Assembly: GCA_012295275.1 (NCBI GenBank)
Contig: CM022670.1
Span: 31,682,001 to 31,746,000, forward strand
Reading direction: 5' to 3'
DNA from: Chrysomallon squamiferum
Taxonomy: Eukaryota; Animalia; Mollusca
Length of the DNA: 64,000 bases
The notes under the pieces: model-generated
Databases searched by the model: none
Told to the model about the DNA's origin: nothing
What the model saw: the letters and a program-made list of their open reading frames with translations, nothing else
Made by a program: the position numbers and the translations under genes
Part shown: positions 41,966-56,300 of the stretch, piece after piece
How positions within the stretch are numbered: position 1 is the stretch's first letter
How the letters are laid out: every line of letters starts with the position of its first letter

Positions 41966-43598
41966 TTTGATTAAATGTGAAATAGTTATTTTAAATATAT
42001 TATTGTTGCACCGTCATCTGAAAAATATATTATTTATTTTCATTGTATTATTAACAAAAACACTGTTAAGTATCCAATATCGAGTCTTCATCGATTATTA
42101 AAAACTCAAAACTTCGCTTGTTTCACTGTAAATATTTGTTTCACTTCTTTATCCATACATAATCTTTAACATGAAAATTAAACATGCACATCTCTTCAAC
42201 CTAGTAGTCTATCATTAAACATCTTTAACTTCTTTGCTGCAGAATCTTTCCACCAGTGTGGCATTGTGACGTATATTATTATGAATGAATGTTTAACGAT
42301 ACTCTGAACGTAACTCAGTCGGTGGGTGTCTATCAAGTTATACTACAATAATTTTACACATACATGCACAGGATGCGAATGGTTGCCATCTGACTATAGA
42401 GGGCAACGCCTGGTAACATGTGCTGTTGTTTATAAACACCGTATTTTCTTGAACCAGTAATTTCTAATAATCGGATACCTGCATGTGCCTTTCTGACCAC
42501 TAAAACTAGTTCTTCACAGTGGCGTGTAGAGGTGTGGTGATGCCCGGGGCCAACTCCTTGTTTGTATGATCCAAAGACTCAAGCACAAGGCCTAGTACTG
42601 AGAAATATGTAAACACAGATAAAATAAACACTTTATTCGATTTAAATATAAATCAACCAAATTAATTAAGTTATTTTATCTGATTAGATGCCCCCCTTCG
42701 GTTCCCCCCTCTGCATGCCACTGGTTCTTTAGCTGCAAACGATATGCAGTTAAACATTTAGTCAAACGAATATTGCAAAATAGACGCTTAATTTCATTGG
42801 CCAAATCCTACCACCTGTTGGCATAACAGAAAAAAAAAAGAAAAAAAATGGCGATATAGAAATGAAGTGCAAAAAGGTTTCCAACAAATGCTAATCTGTC
42901 TGCAACAAAAATTTAACGCACACATATATACATAACACATTTTATCAAAGATCTTTACAGCTAATTTTCAAGTAATGCCGAACATATTGCATAAATGCTT
43001 TAATCTATTATTTAACTTCAGTCAATTTTTATTTGTTATCTCTAGCTTTTAAATTTGGTTAAAATTAGGTTTTAATAGTTTATCACTTAATAAATTTTTT
43101 GTTGTTGCTTCAAAATAAGAAATGATCTTTTTACTAAGTGTTGCAAATAAGGTTATTCGTTTCTCGACGATTTAAGTTTTATCCTATATATTTTTAAACC
43201 AAGATAATAACTTTTGTATTATAATTATTTATAATGTGCAGAACCGAATTATTTCATGTCTTTAGTAGTCCAGTGACATTATTTTAAAGCTATGTAATTT
43301 TTCAGTATATGATTTAACATCTGCCCTGCACTGGTATTTGTACAGAGGTCTATATACACGCAAACAGTGTTGTTACAGCAGATGACAAAAGAAGTGCAAG
43401 TGTGTTGACGTGGATAACAGTTTCTAAATCACTCTCATGTTTGTTAGATTGTATACCAATTCGTTATTCCAGTTATAAAATTTAATAAAAATAATAACGT
43501 TATCAAGCTTTGGAGCGAAATCTGTGTTAAGAGTACAAAAATGTTTGGAAACAATTAACATTACAACAACAACTATAATAATAATGATAATAATAATA

Positions 43599-43661
<63 letters not shown>

Positions 43662-44083
43662 TACATACATACATACATATTAAAGAATATGCACAATGTT
43701 GTAAAACGTGTTTCTGTTTCAAACGTCACAGAACGAGTGAGGTATTTTGCACTCGCCATCAAATGTGGAAAAACAAGGTCTTTCTGTAACTGCGTTCCTC
43801 CTGTTCCTTACTTTTGTTTTTTTGTCCCTGTTTTCAAAAGGTCTTCATGACCGATTTACTCTGGCTGTTTTCTTCAGCGAGGTTTTGGCTGGCAGTGATG
43901 TCGATGATAAAACTCGAACAGCGTTTGTGTTTACATCTTAAGCAGTAAATCCGCCTGTATTGCAATTTCTTTGGAAATGTTATCATGGCAGAGTTTGGTG
44001 TTAATGTCGTCTTTACGTTGCCATATCGTTTTCAAGATAAAGCTTTAGAGAATTACAAAAGTGTATTAACATTAAGTCGAAAT

Positions 44084-44141
<58 letters not shown>

Positions 44142-47100
44142 AATAATACGAATATATTATTTGTAAACCAACTACCACTTTAGAAAAATTTCATGTTTAT
44201 CAACATTCTGTCAGAAGACTAAAGAAAAATATAATAAATAAATATATAAATAAAAATAATGATGACATAAGGAAAGAAAGAAAAAAGAGAAGGAATAGTT
44301 ATCATAACCAAAGACGTATAAAGACAAAAAGAAAGTCATGATTTAATAAAGTCGTTATCCAAAGACGTATACAGACAATTTTGTATTTCTATCAGTATTA
44401 AGCTAGATGAAAAAAGAAATAATTATGCTCTAGTACTACTAAAATCGCTACGAATGATATCTTTAAACTCTTTATCCAGAAGTATCTTTACAGTAATTTC
44501 GTGTGTTCGTACGTACTAGAATTTCTTTCTTTGTTCTTTCTTTTTTTTTTTTTTTTTTTTTCATGTAGTGAAGCTCAGAAGTAACATTAAAATGAAAAAC
44601 TTTTTGTTACAACTAAAATTAATGTGTAATTCTTTTTGTAACATAAACAATTAAAGTGCAAATATTTTTTCATTTGTAAAATAAATGTGTAAATCCTTTG
44701 TAAAATGAATAGCAAATACGGTTTTTACATGTAAAATGATTGTGCAAATGTTTTGTTACTTCTAAAATTAATGTGTAATTCTTGTTTGAATAACTGTTTA
44801 ACTAATTGGTTTACAAATGTCAGAAACGGTCTTACTTTGATAATTCTATTACATAATTTCTTGTAGAAATAATTGTAAAATTTTGTAATGAATAAACCAG
44901 AGATAAAAAACAAAACAAAATGACATCTTGCTAACTTTGGATATACAGTAATAGTAACTGGTTTGGTAATATAATACATAATGTTTCGAATAAAAGTATA
45001 AATGGTGTTTTAACGATGTATAATATGATACTTTTTTTTTTTTTTTTTTTTTTTTTCAACGAATACTAAAAATAATAAGTTATATTCAGTGTTTAATTTC
45101 TTTAATTTTTACAGGGCCATTAAATCCTACATTTAGAGATGATCCATTTTCATGCTCAACTAAGTGCACAGGTAAGATTTGTTTCTGTTTTTCCTTTATT
45201 TATTGCTGAATATATGAAATATGCTTATAGAATATAACCTTTGAACCTTTATGATCTCTCTTTTCATTGGATGAAGTAAACCGGACCATGGTAGCGTTTC
45301 TGCTTACCGCTCGACTCTGTTTCACAAAAAATTCGGTTAATCAAATGTTTACTTGGAGATGAACTTTGCCTTGTTATTTTTCTTTTCTATGGTTGTTGTT
45401 ATTAATTTTTTTTCTTCTTCTTCTTCGAGTTCTTGTGCTGGTGGAACTTACAGGACAATAAATTGTAATAGTTCGCTTTAAGGGTAAACAAAATGGAGTG
45501 TTCACTGAATTATTTTTCATTTGAAGGGCGTATTTATTTCTTTGTCTAAAACTCTTTACGTGACCATCATGCATTTCAGTTATATTTCGTCTTAATATAT
45601 TTTGTTATCTCTTACATTTAATTTAAAATGCACCTTTTATGTATTTAATTCATTTATATACGTTTAAATAAACTTTTTATTAGTATGCCAAACTTTAATA
45701 ATAAAAAGGAATGACAAGAAAACATTTGTATGAATGCGGATCTTTCTATATACAAACTTACTCTCCTATTCTTGATCATCTTTACAACTAATGACTAAAG
45801 TATTGCAAAGTTTTATTGAATTATGTTTGATGTGACTGTTTCTTTGTCATGATATGTCATAGATATTGTACTGAATTTCACATTAAACTCTCCATCCGAT
45901 TTTTTTCTTTCTTTTTATTGCACAATCAATAAGTTTCTATCCTGAATTTTTAATTATATTGCTAATTATTTCATATTATAATATAATCTTCGTATTTAAA
46001 GCATAATATTAAAACATTAAGACACATTCACTAATAATTAAGACCAGCACGCACACGCATGGACACACATAACACACATACACACGCGAACGCTGACACG
46101 CACACCATACAGTAACTCTGAATTAGGTCAGAATGTAGTTACATTACTGTAGTTAGCTCGATATTTATTCTGTACTAATTATTACTCACACATTTGGCAG
46201 AAATGCAAACATGCATTACGTTAATCAACAGATAAGACTGAACAGCACAATCTAGTTCACTTAGTTCATGCGCTCGGGTCGTGTACTGTATTGTTATGTT
46301 ATCTAATAAACTTGTAAATGTTGATGTAATGATGGTTTTTTGCCAAAAATAACGTCCAAGTTGAAAACTGATCTCAGAATCCTTGAAACATAATCTGGAA
46401 TCGTTGACACCAGCATTTCATTACACAATTTAATATACATATCCATTTCTATATTTTATTAAATTATAATTTTTAGCCGAGCAATATAAAAATGGATTTT
46501 TAATAGTTCAGTATATCCATAGCCTCGCATTGCCTATTGATTGCGGTCGGTTTTTGCTTTGAGTTGCGAACCAAAATCTGAGTTACGAGCGAGCCTCAGA
46601 TACGCCGCCGCTAGCTGGCGCAAGGAACAACACAACATCCGCATAGCATCCAGCGTCTCACTCGTTTGCTTCAAGTCGTTACCTCGCCGTGGAAGCATCT
46701 CGGTTGTTGTGCTCGTTGTTTGTGCAGTATTTTGCCAAATGTCCATGATCCTAAGAAGGTGAGTGCAAAGGACAAAAAAGTGCTGAGAAGAAGAAGCGGA
46801 TGATGTCCATTGAATTAACGCATGAAACATAAAAACATGAGCAAGGTGTGTATGTAGTCAACATCGCTTGGCAGTACGAGCATAGTTCGTTTACGATATG
46901 TACCATACTGAAGAAGAAGGAGTCGATAAAGACTATAACTTGAGCCAAAGGCGTAAAAATAATTTCTAAGCTGCGGACCTCAGTCCATGAAAAGATGGAG
47001 AAACCCTAACCCTGTACACTTTACAAAACCAATTTATTTCTTTACATTCTCTTTTATTTTGTTTTTTTATACAATATTTGTCATTTATACATACATTTTT

Positions 47101-49638
47101 CTTATTTAAAAACACGTTACTTAAAAAATGGGGTGCTTTTTTTTGGGGGGGGGCTGGAATTGATTAATAGTATTTCAGTTAATTTCATTAGAAAAAATTA
47201 ATTTGATATACGAGCAAATTGGGTTACCAGCTCGGTCACGGAACGAATTAAACTCGTAAGTCAAGGTACCACTGTATATATATATATATACAAATATATC
47301 TAAATATATGTATATAATCATACAAACGTACACATGCGCACACACATAATACTCCTATAGCATCATAGCATGTCATCAGAATGACATGGGTGTACCAGTA
47401 AGAAAAAAAAATTCAGTATGGCTATTTCCTATTCTTGTCAGTGTCCCTAATATTCTAAACATTTCCGGTTCTAACTAGTGGCTCATAAAAGAGCCGATAT
47501 AGTTTTTCCCGCACAGGCATGTAAATATCCTTTGTTGCTATATGTTTTGAATGATAACAGTGGGTTGCCTCGGTCATATATTTACATAAAACGTCAACAG
47601 TAGACGTTTGACATTTGCTAAATGAGGTATAAATCGTTTATTCAACCATTCCATTTCGATCTTTTCTAAATCTGTTGATTTATTGAAACATATGATTATT
47701 TTATTTAAAATTATAAGTTAATTCATATGAAATTACAGCTTATACAAGTTATGCAATCAAGCAATGCCCATCAATAAATGCGAAACAGCATCTCAATGAG
47801 ATTACAGAAATAAAAGGAATAAGCAATATACGTTCAGTAACATGAACCCCTAGAGGCGCCATTTTGACCGTATTCTGTGAATTTTCTTTCTGTCTTATGT
47901 CATAGCTGACGACCACGTTATTTACAGACATTTTCAGTTCTTAATAACGTGAACGTACAATCAAAAGCCCTGCAGAATGTATGTATTAAGTTATGAAATT
48001 TTATCTTGGCCAGAACAGATTTCACCAATCTGCCGAAAGTAAAGTAAATAAAAGTTTGGAACAATCTGTAGTTCTCTGTTTAAGGTCTGGCGCTGGTAAT
48101 CAACGGTTATCAGCTGTTTGGAGAAGCAGAATGGCTGCAGTTGCAAGAGATTCAACGACGCTGGAGGTCAGAGTTCTTTCCCAAATCAGCTGTTTCGAGT
48201 TTGTCAACAATTTCCTCTCAGGAGGTTATGTGGTACGTAAAATACCAGCCTGTCTTGCGGTGGTTAAGTAGCCATGGGTTTTGATTGGAAGGCATAAGGA
48301 TCGACTCTGGAGATCAGAACCTCCACAAATACCAGCCTCTGTAGCGCTGAGAGTTAGCAGTCATCTGTTTTGACTGGACGGCATAAAAATCAAATCTGCC
48401 AACTGGCTCCTTCCCATATCTGACTGAAATATTTTAAGAACACCATCGTCGTTAATTAATTCTCAATGCTTAAGTTCTCGGCAGACATGAAGTTTGATTT
48501 GACAGCATGGGGATCGAATCTGGGAAACAGCTCGTTTATAAGAGGCCTCTACCTCGCTAACTATTCCTCTGTGGTTAAGACATACATAATATAGGATCAA
48601 ATGTCGGTACCAGTAGCTAATTATGATGATGGTAATAATAATAAATATAACAATAATAATAATGATAATGATAATCTCTCTGTTTCTCGCTCCTCTAAAA
48701 TTAAAAACAGATTTAACAGTTAGAATTAACAGTTTATTTAAATGTTGATCAATTCATTTCTGATAATAAATATATTTTAACAAACACTATAAATATTTCT
48801 ACTTTAAATACAAATCATTTTCTTAAAAATTGTCTTTTTTTTTTATTTGTCTTTTTAAAAATGATATTAATATAAATATTATTTTACTTTTTAAACTTAT
48901 AATCCTAATGCTAAAACTCCAACAGTGTTAGTTTTCAAATTTTTTTTTTTGGGGGGGTTGTTGTTTTTTTTTGTTTTTTGTTTTTTGTATTTAATTTGAT
49001 CGCCTGTGGTATAAAGTGCACGATTCATGTCATCAACAAGTGAAAAAGGACTGGAATGTTTATGCTGAATCATTTCTAGATTTTTCTAACTGAGGTCATG
49101 TTGACATTGTTGACATTGTTTGTAAAACAAAAATAAAAAAGAAGAAGAACATTTTTGTCTATCAATTTCCTGGAAGTTACTTAATCCATAATTAGAAGTA
49201 TAATATATTGAAAATATTATCTAATCGTTTCGTAGAAAATAAATGAATTAACAAAGGATTAGTAAACTAATTAATAAATATTTCATGATGTATGCAAATA
49301 TAAAATTGTATTTATTTATTTATTTATTTACAGCTGATCATTTTCATATCTTAACAGTAAGAGAAAATTACTGAATAAGATTTTTTTTATGGTTTCCTGT
49401 AGAATAAAAATAATATAAATGCATTTTTTTTTTTTTTTAAATTAACACCGAAAAAAACACAAAAAACCCAAACAAATTAACTAAATTAAATAAAAATAAA
49501 AAAGAATGAAAGAAAACAAAAGAAAAAATAGTTGACAGGTACTGATAACTGGGTGAGAATTTGTAAATTCAAATAGGCAAATTAAATTATGAAACTTCGA
49601 TAAAAAAAACCCAAAGAGTCATTAAGATCTAGTGTTTG

Positions 49639-49731
<93 letters not shown>

Positions 49732-52700
49732 GATTTGTTTATTTATTTTATAAAATATATTTCAGATACAATCTAAATCATTTTAAAATTATCAGTTTAT
49801 TTACACATTGTATCCCACCATATACAGGTTTTATTATCAAATGACAACATAAATCAGGTACCATGAAGGTCTGAAATAATACATACCACTAATAATTAAT
49901 TATGTGCGGATGATATTCACCACAAAAATCTAGTGGTCTCTATCATGTAAATATGCGGGAGAATCGTATTACATTAAACTACTGACGATATGTAAACAGA
50001 TCTAGTGATGATTTGTACCATGTAAAACTATTGATGAAACAGATCACATTGAGCTGTTGACTATATCTGCTGATGATACATAATGTACAGATCTAAGAAT
50101 GATACGTATCAAGATGAAACGTACCTTGTATATCTACTGATCATATGTACCATGCAAAAATATTGATGATTCGACTTAACATCAGAACTGTTGATGTTAC
50201 TACTGATGAATTATTAATGATATGCACTACACTGGTTCAATGATTCGTACACGTAAATCTAGTTATAATACTTAGCATACCTATCTGACCACATAAAACT
50301 TTTGATGACACGTAGCACACAGACCTACTAATGCTACAACCACACATATCTAACTATAATGCATACCACGTAAAACTGCTGATGATAAGAGCCTAGTGAT
50401 GATATACACCAGTTAGAACCATTGAGGCTATAAGCAACATAGATCTGCTGATGAGATGTACAACGTAGAACTAATGATGGCTGTGTGTACCACGACAGAT
50501 CTACTAATGATAGGTATCAGACATCTACTGATTTTACGTACCATTTAGATTTAATGATTTTACGTATCATGTAGATTACTAATAATGATAAGTACTGCAT
50601 AGATCTACTGATGGTAACATCGAATATACTTATGATACATAGCACGCAGATGTCAGATATCTTTGGTACATTTCTTCAGTGAACAGTTCTGATAGTTATC
50701 TACATTGTGTATGTAGCAGATTAGATTTAGTGAACAAAGTCCCATGCTGACCATGATAATGGTAATTATTTGATTCAAGAATTTATAGGTGACCTAAAAC
50801 AAACAGTAACCATAGGAAACATGAATTTTATGTGTGAGTTTTGTGGATATCAATTGAAGAACAACAACAAATTTTTTTTAAAAATTGGGGAATTTAATTT
50901 CAAATTGTTCAGTGCATTTCCTCATAAATATGAACTCGATAATCAGTTAAAAAGGAATAAACAATGATATATATATATATCAGAAACAGAAACATCTCAC
51001 ACTAAATGAACAAAGCTGTTTACCTTTAATTTTGGCGATTAACTCCTGCTGTGCAATGTCGGTGTTCGTATTTTCCCATAACAATCTTGTATGTTTAGGT
51101 TATGTTTAGAAAATTCTGTCACAGTGCAGTTCATGGTTCATATTTTGACATAGTGTCACTTTAGAATCACAAACATCCATTGTCCTTAAAATTTCAGTGT
51201 CAAAATGGAAACGTGTTAAACTTTGACTGCGTCATAATTTCAAAACTGTATAATTTTACAGTATATACCTACATTGTTTTCTGTTTTGTTTAACATTTTG
51301 ATTAGAGGTTCATTTTATCTGTAATAATACACGTTTTCTGTTTTATTTGTGTTTTAAAAATATTTATTCTGTATGTAAACGTGGAAATTTCATTATTGTT
51401 ATAATAAATCATCATGGTTTAAAACTATAATGATGTTCAACCTGTCTGAAATAATAATTCGTTTGATTATTTAATAATTTATTTTTATAGTACTAACTCT
51501 ATTATTATTTTTAAGATTAAGAAAACAACGACAGCAATAATAAAAATAGCCACTTTACCAACAATAGTAATAACAACTGTAACAATAACAATTATAACAA
51601 TAATAATAGCAACAACATCAGTAATAACAATAATAATAATACTATAATAATCCAAAAACAATAACAAAAACAACAACAACAACAATAATAATAATAATAA
51701 TAGTAATGATGATGAATTGTTGTTCAGATTCGAACAAGTTCCAGTACCAGCCTGGTATGACATATGAGTATAATTACAACGCTCTCACACAAACGTCTAT
51801 GAATGGGGCCTCGGAGGACCAAGCCACCATTAGAATGACTGCCAAGGCAAAGATGGAAGTACTCAGCAAATGTGAATTTGTTCTGAAGGTAATGACACTT
51901 CAGCCACTTACTTATCACTTTATTATCATTTTTTCTTCTTATCTAGCTGTGCTAAATTCCAAATTTTGCTTAATTTTTAATTTTTACCATTACAATTTAA
52001 CAAAAACAAGAAAACTGAGAACATCTGAATAAGTAGTTTTGGTAAAAGAATCTAAATAAGAAATCTTGATACAATATCTGAATAACACATTTTGGTAATA
52101 ATGTAAAAATCCTAACTTGTGATACCAATATCTAAAAAGATACCTAAATTGTGTTTTAATATATTATATATTTTTTAATATATTCTTTTTAAAAGTTTAA
52201 TTTTTTCTCTTTGTTTCTTTTTTCTTTTTCACATTTTGAACCAAATAAATATATTTTTAATTTCATCTTTTGGGCACATATATTTTATATTATTTTATTT
52301 ATTTATTTTTTTGTTTGTTTGTTCATTTAAAAAATTCATTCAGTTAAACTGACCTGTTTGTCAGTTTTTAATTTTCAAACCATTATACAAAGATACAATT
52401 TTGAAATTAAAATGCCTTGATTACTAAAAGAAATACATCTATCATTGTACTTCTCAAAAATGTTTTTTGCCATATTATGTTTATTGCCCATAATAATAAA
52501 AAAATCAACAAGAACAACAATAATAACTTAATAACCTGAAGCTTGAAATCTATTAACCTCAGGTTAATTTTAATTTTACTTATTATTCTTAATTTCTTGA
52601 TTTTCACCATGTGGGTATCATTCTTTGCATATGTGGAAATTTAATTAATAATAAACAGAAATAAATGAATAAATTACGCCACCTCCCAATAGTTTGTAAA

Positions 52701-53292
52701 CTATTTTTATCATTACCTCAGCTCTCAGACGTGGCTCTGTATACATCTGACCCAGAGAACCCATCACAGCTAACAATGGGGGACAATTCAGGTGACTTTC
52801 AGCAAAGCCTTGAGGATTTTCCTCTCAAATTCTCATTCCAAGATGGCATTGTGGATGAGCTCTGTCCAGATGATTCGGAGAGTGAGTGGTCACTGAACAT
52901 CAAGCGAGGAATCCTGACAGCCTTCCAGAACAGCATGCATGATTTAAACAGAGACCAGCGGGTACAGGAGGTAAGCAGAGTGAAAACATGGTACAAACTG
53001 AATATTAATAAATGTCATTTTAATATGTTAATATTAATGGTTATCGAGTGTCTGATTTTGTTGCAGAATTTTAATTGTTATTTTTATTACTATCAATACT
53101 ATTATTATTATTAATATTACAACTGTTACTACCATTATCTTTACTATTAATATTCTTCTGATTATTATTGTTATTATTACTACTACCTTTACTATTAATA
53201 TTATTACTATTATTGTTATTGTTATTACTACTTCACTATTAATATTAATATCATTATCAATATCCTCATCATCATCACCATTGTTGTTGTTA

Positions 53293-53350
<58 letters not shown>

Positions 53351-56300
53351 GATGAAACAGCCTGAAGCAGTAGTGGATCTTTTTTTATACTGCTTCCCAC
53401 AAAAGAGAAAATAGATAACATTGTTTTTAAACACAGCTCTTATAGAGCAGTCATCAGTGAAAGAATCTGTTAAAGTTGTTGTTTGTTTTTTGACTTGAAA
53501 ACTTTAGAAAATAGTTGTTTAGCCACAGTGAAATTTATGGAAGATAAACTGAAAACAAATTTGAATTAAAATCTTTCTCTCTCCCTTTTTATTTTATTAA
53601 TAACTTTAAACATATTTTGTTGTTTTAAGAATGCCAAATGTTTTATAAAGAACTTATACAAAATGTCTAAATGATTTTTTTTTTTCATTTAAAAACTTGT
53701 TACTTGTTTTCAATGATTTGTTGAAAAATATTTTATTATTTTGAGAATATCGAATCTTTGAAACAGAACAGCCATATGAAAAAACTGTTTTGTTTTCAGG
53801 CTGATGTGACAGGGAGTTGCATCACAGATTACAGAGTAACCCAGAGAGGTTGGCAGTCACTGACTGTGAAGAAAACAAAAACTCTAGATGGATGCAGTGA
53901 TCGCCATGGTTACAAGACAGCCCTTCATGCAATGCCATACAAAATAGCCAGTGTAAGAACAATTTTGTAGGTTTAATGTGCAAAAATAGTTAATTTTTGT
54001 TTATATAATTAAGATTTTTTATAAATGTAGGTGAGGTACATTATTTTTAATTATAACTGCAATTGTGTATAAAATCAATAATAATATTATATTAAGTTTT
54101 TGATATTAATGATATAATCTTTTTTGCATATGTGTGTGTTATGCTTATTGTGATTATTATTAGTATCATCATCATCATATCATCATCAGTATTTATCATT
54201 TTTGTTTCTTTGCTTTTATTTAAATAGTAACATTATATTCCCTCAGTTCTATAATTTATTTGTTTAATTCTTTGTCTTAAAATTCTCAAAAAAAAGAAAA
54301 GTAGCAATTAAAAAAAACTCTCCATTACATAACATCAGCATTAAAAATATATATATATATATATACTACAGCCATAAATCTATCATTTTAATGTCACTGA
54401 TTTTGATCAGGCTGTCCAGTCTCTGCCTCTGATGAAGAGTAACCATGAGTGTGATCAGATTATCAAAACTGGAGGAGTTCTTCAGAAAACCACTTGTCAT
54501 GAAATGCACATATTCCGACCTTTCTCCAAAGATACCAATGGTGCCCTGACAGAATCAACCCAGACTCTGGAATTTCTCAGATCATACAATTTTCTGACAA
54601 CCAGCAGAGGTGGTATTTTAAATAAAATTAGTTATTTCTGGATTTATTGCTATCGCTTAATTTTAAAATGTTTTAAAATATTTAGTAAACTATAATATTT
54701 TGAACTGATTTAAAAGGTTTAAGTGACAAAACAGTTAAACAGATATACATATTTATTTAATATATTACATCATATATAATATATTTGTTTATATTAAATA
54801 ATAAAAAATTATTATAACATTTGGTGCATTTTAAGCACATTCTCTTTGATTATTTCATATTTGTATGATGTGTTTAAAATGTACCAAAGTTTAAAACATT
54901 TTAAAAATTAATTAAACAGTATAATTCAAGGTCATGATATGGACCTGTCAGACATTGTATGTAAAGGATCCATTTCTGCTAATTATTTTTAAAATGTTAA
55001 ACTAAACAACTAAATCAGATTTCCTTTCTATTATGATTATAATATACATAATAATTTCTTACACCAAATAGATGCTGAGGTACATCAGTAGAAAAATCAT
55101 TCATTCAGTTTTTCATTTTGAAAAGGTTTCATAACCAAAAGAGCCAAAATGACTTTCAAGCATAAATTTGGCACCCGTGATGAGGATAAGAAGAAGCGAG
55201 ACGCCAGTCATAAACTTGAAGAATTGTGTCGTGTCACAGTTGAAGACATCAGACCAGACGTACCAGCCATGTTTTCAGAACTTGTGTACATCATGAGAGA
55301 AATGGATGCCAGGTCACTGGAAAGACTGTATGAGCAAGTGAAAAGAGGAAGCATTTGCAGAAACAATGCTAGAAGAACAAAGTTTGTATAAGCAGATCCT
55401 ATATGAATTTTAGGTTAAAAGGTTTAAGTGTAGCTATTTGAGTTAATTCATCTGAGTTGGTCAAGAAACAATGATGGTTAGAGAGTATATGTAGTTTGGT
55501 TTTTAATTTTCACAATTTGATTTCTTTTTGAATGTGTTTTTTTTATTTTAACAAATCAAATCATTTAATATTATAGTTAATACTTTTTCCTTTTGTTATA
55601 TGTGTAATTAAAAAGGTATTATAATTCATTGAAATAATCTCATAATTGTATCATCTACCTTATTTTTGGCTGCCAAAATTATCTATTTCTAGTATATAAA
55701 TTGTGAATAGTTTATAACTTCATTATTCTAGATTTTGAATATATTATCAATAGTAAATTTATTATACAGAACATTTTTCATCGATGCAATACCCATGGTT
55801 GGCACAAGTGCATCTTTACGTCTGATGAGAAAGGTGATATTAGCACAAGAGGTTGACAAAGATCAGGCAAACATGTGGTTGACATCTTTAGCTTTCATTC
55901 AGAACCCAACCAGAGACATGATTGATGAGATCGAGGTATTCATACTATTATTTTCTGATATAAAATATAATTTCTTTTACAAACCCACTGTCTAAATAAT
56001 ATTTAATTTAAAAAAGAAAAAAAAAGAAAGAAAACAAAAACATATTCATTATACATATTAACTCTACTTTGTGCCTCTGATAGTTAAAGAAATAGTCTTC
56101 ATAATTTTTCAAGCTATCAAATTACTGTTTTATTTACTCGTGTCAAATCATTAATAACAGTAAAGTTTCAAAATGAAATATCTTCCTCTTGAGAATGCTT
56201 GGAAGCTGACATTTTCCTTTTCATCATAAGGTTATTTTTAAAATCTCCATAACAGTAATAGATATAAAAGATTTATTTTGGTAATTTGTAAAAGCCAATA

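Noticed and set aside
47993-48271. 92-aa non-repetitive ORF inside apolipophorin intron 2
   Set aside because: No recognisable motif, and not needed for the in-frame exon 2 to exon 3 join; probably a repeat remnant.
49855-50655. CRISPR-like array
   Set aside because: Units are contiguous and degenerate with no unique spacers or cas genes, and the context is a eukaryotic intron.
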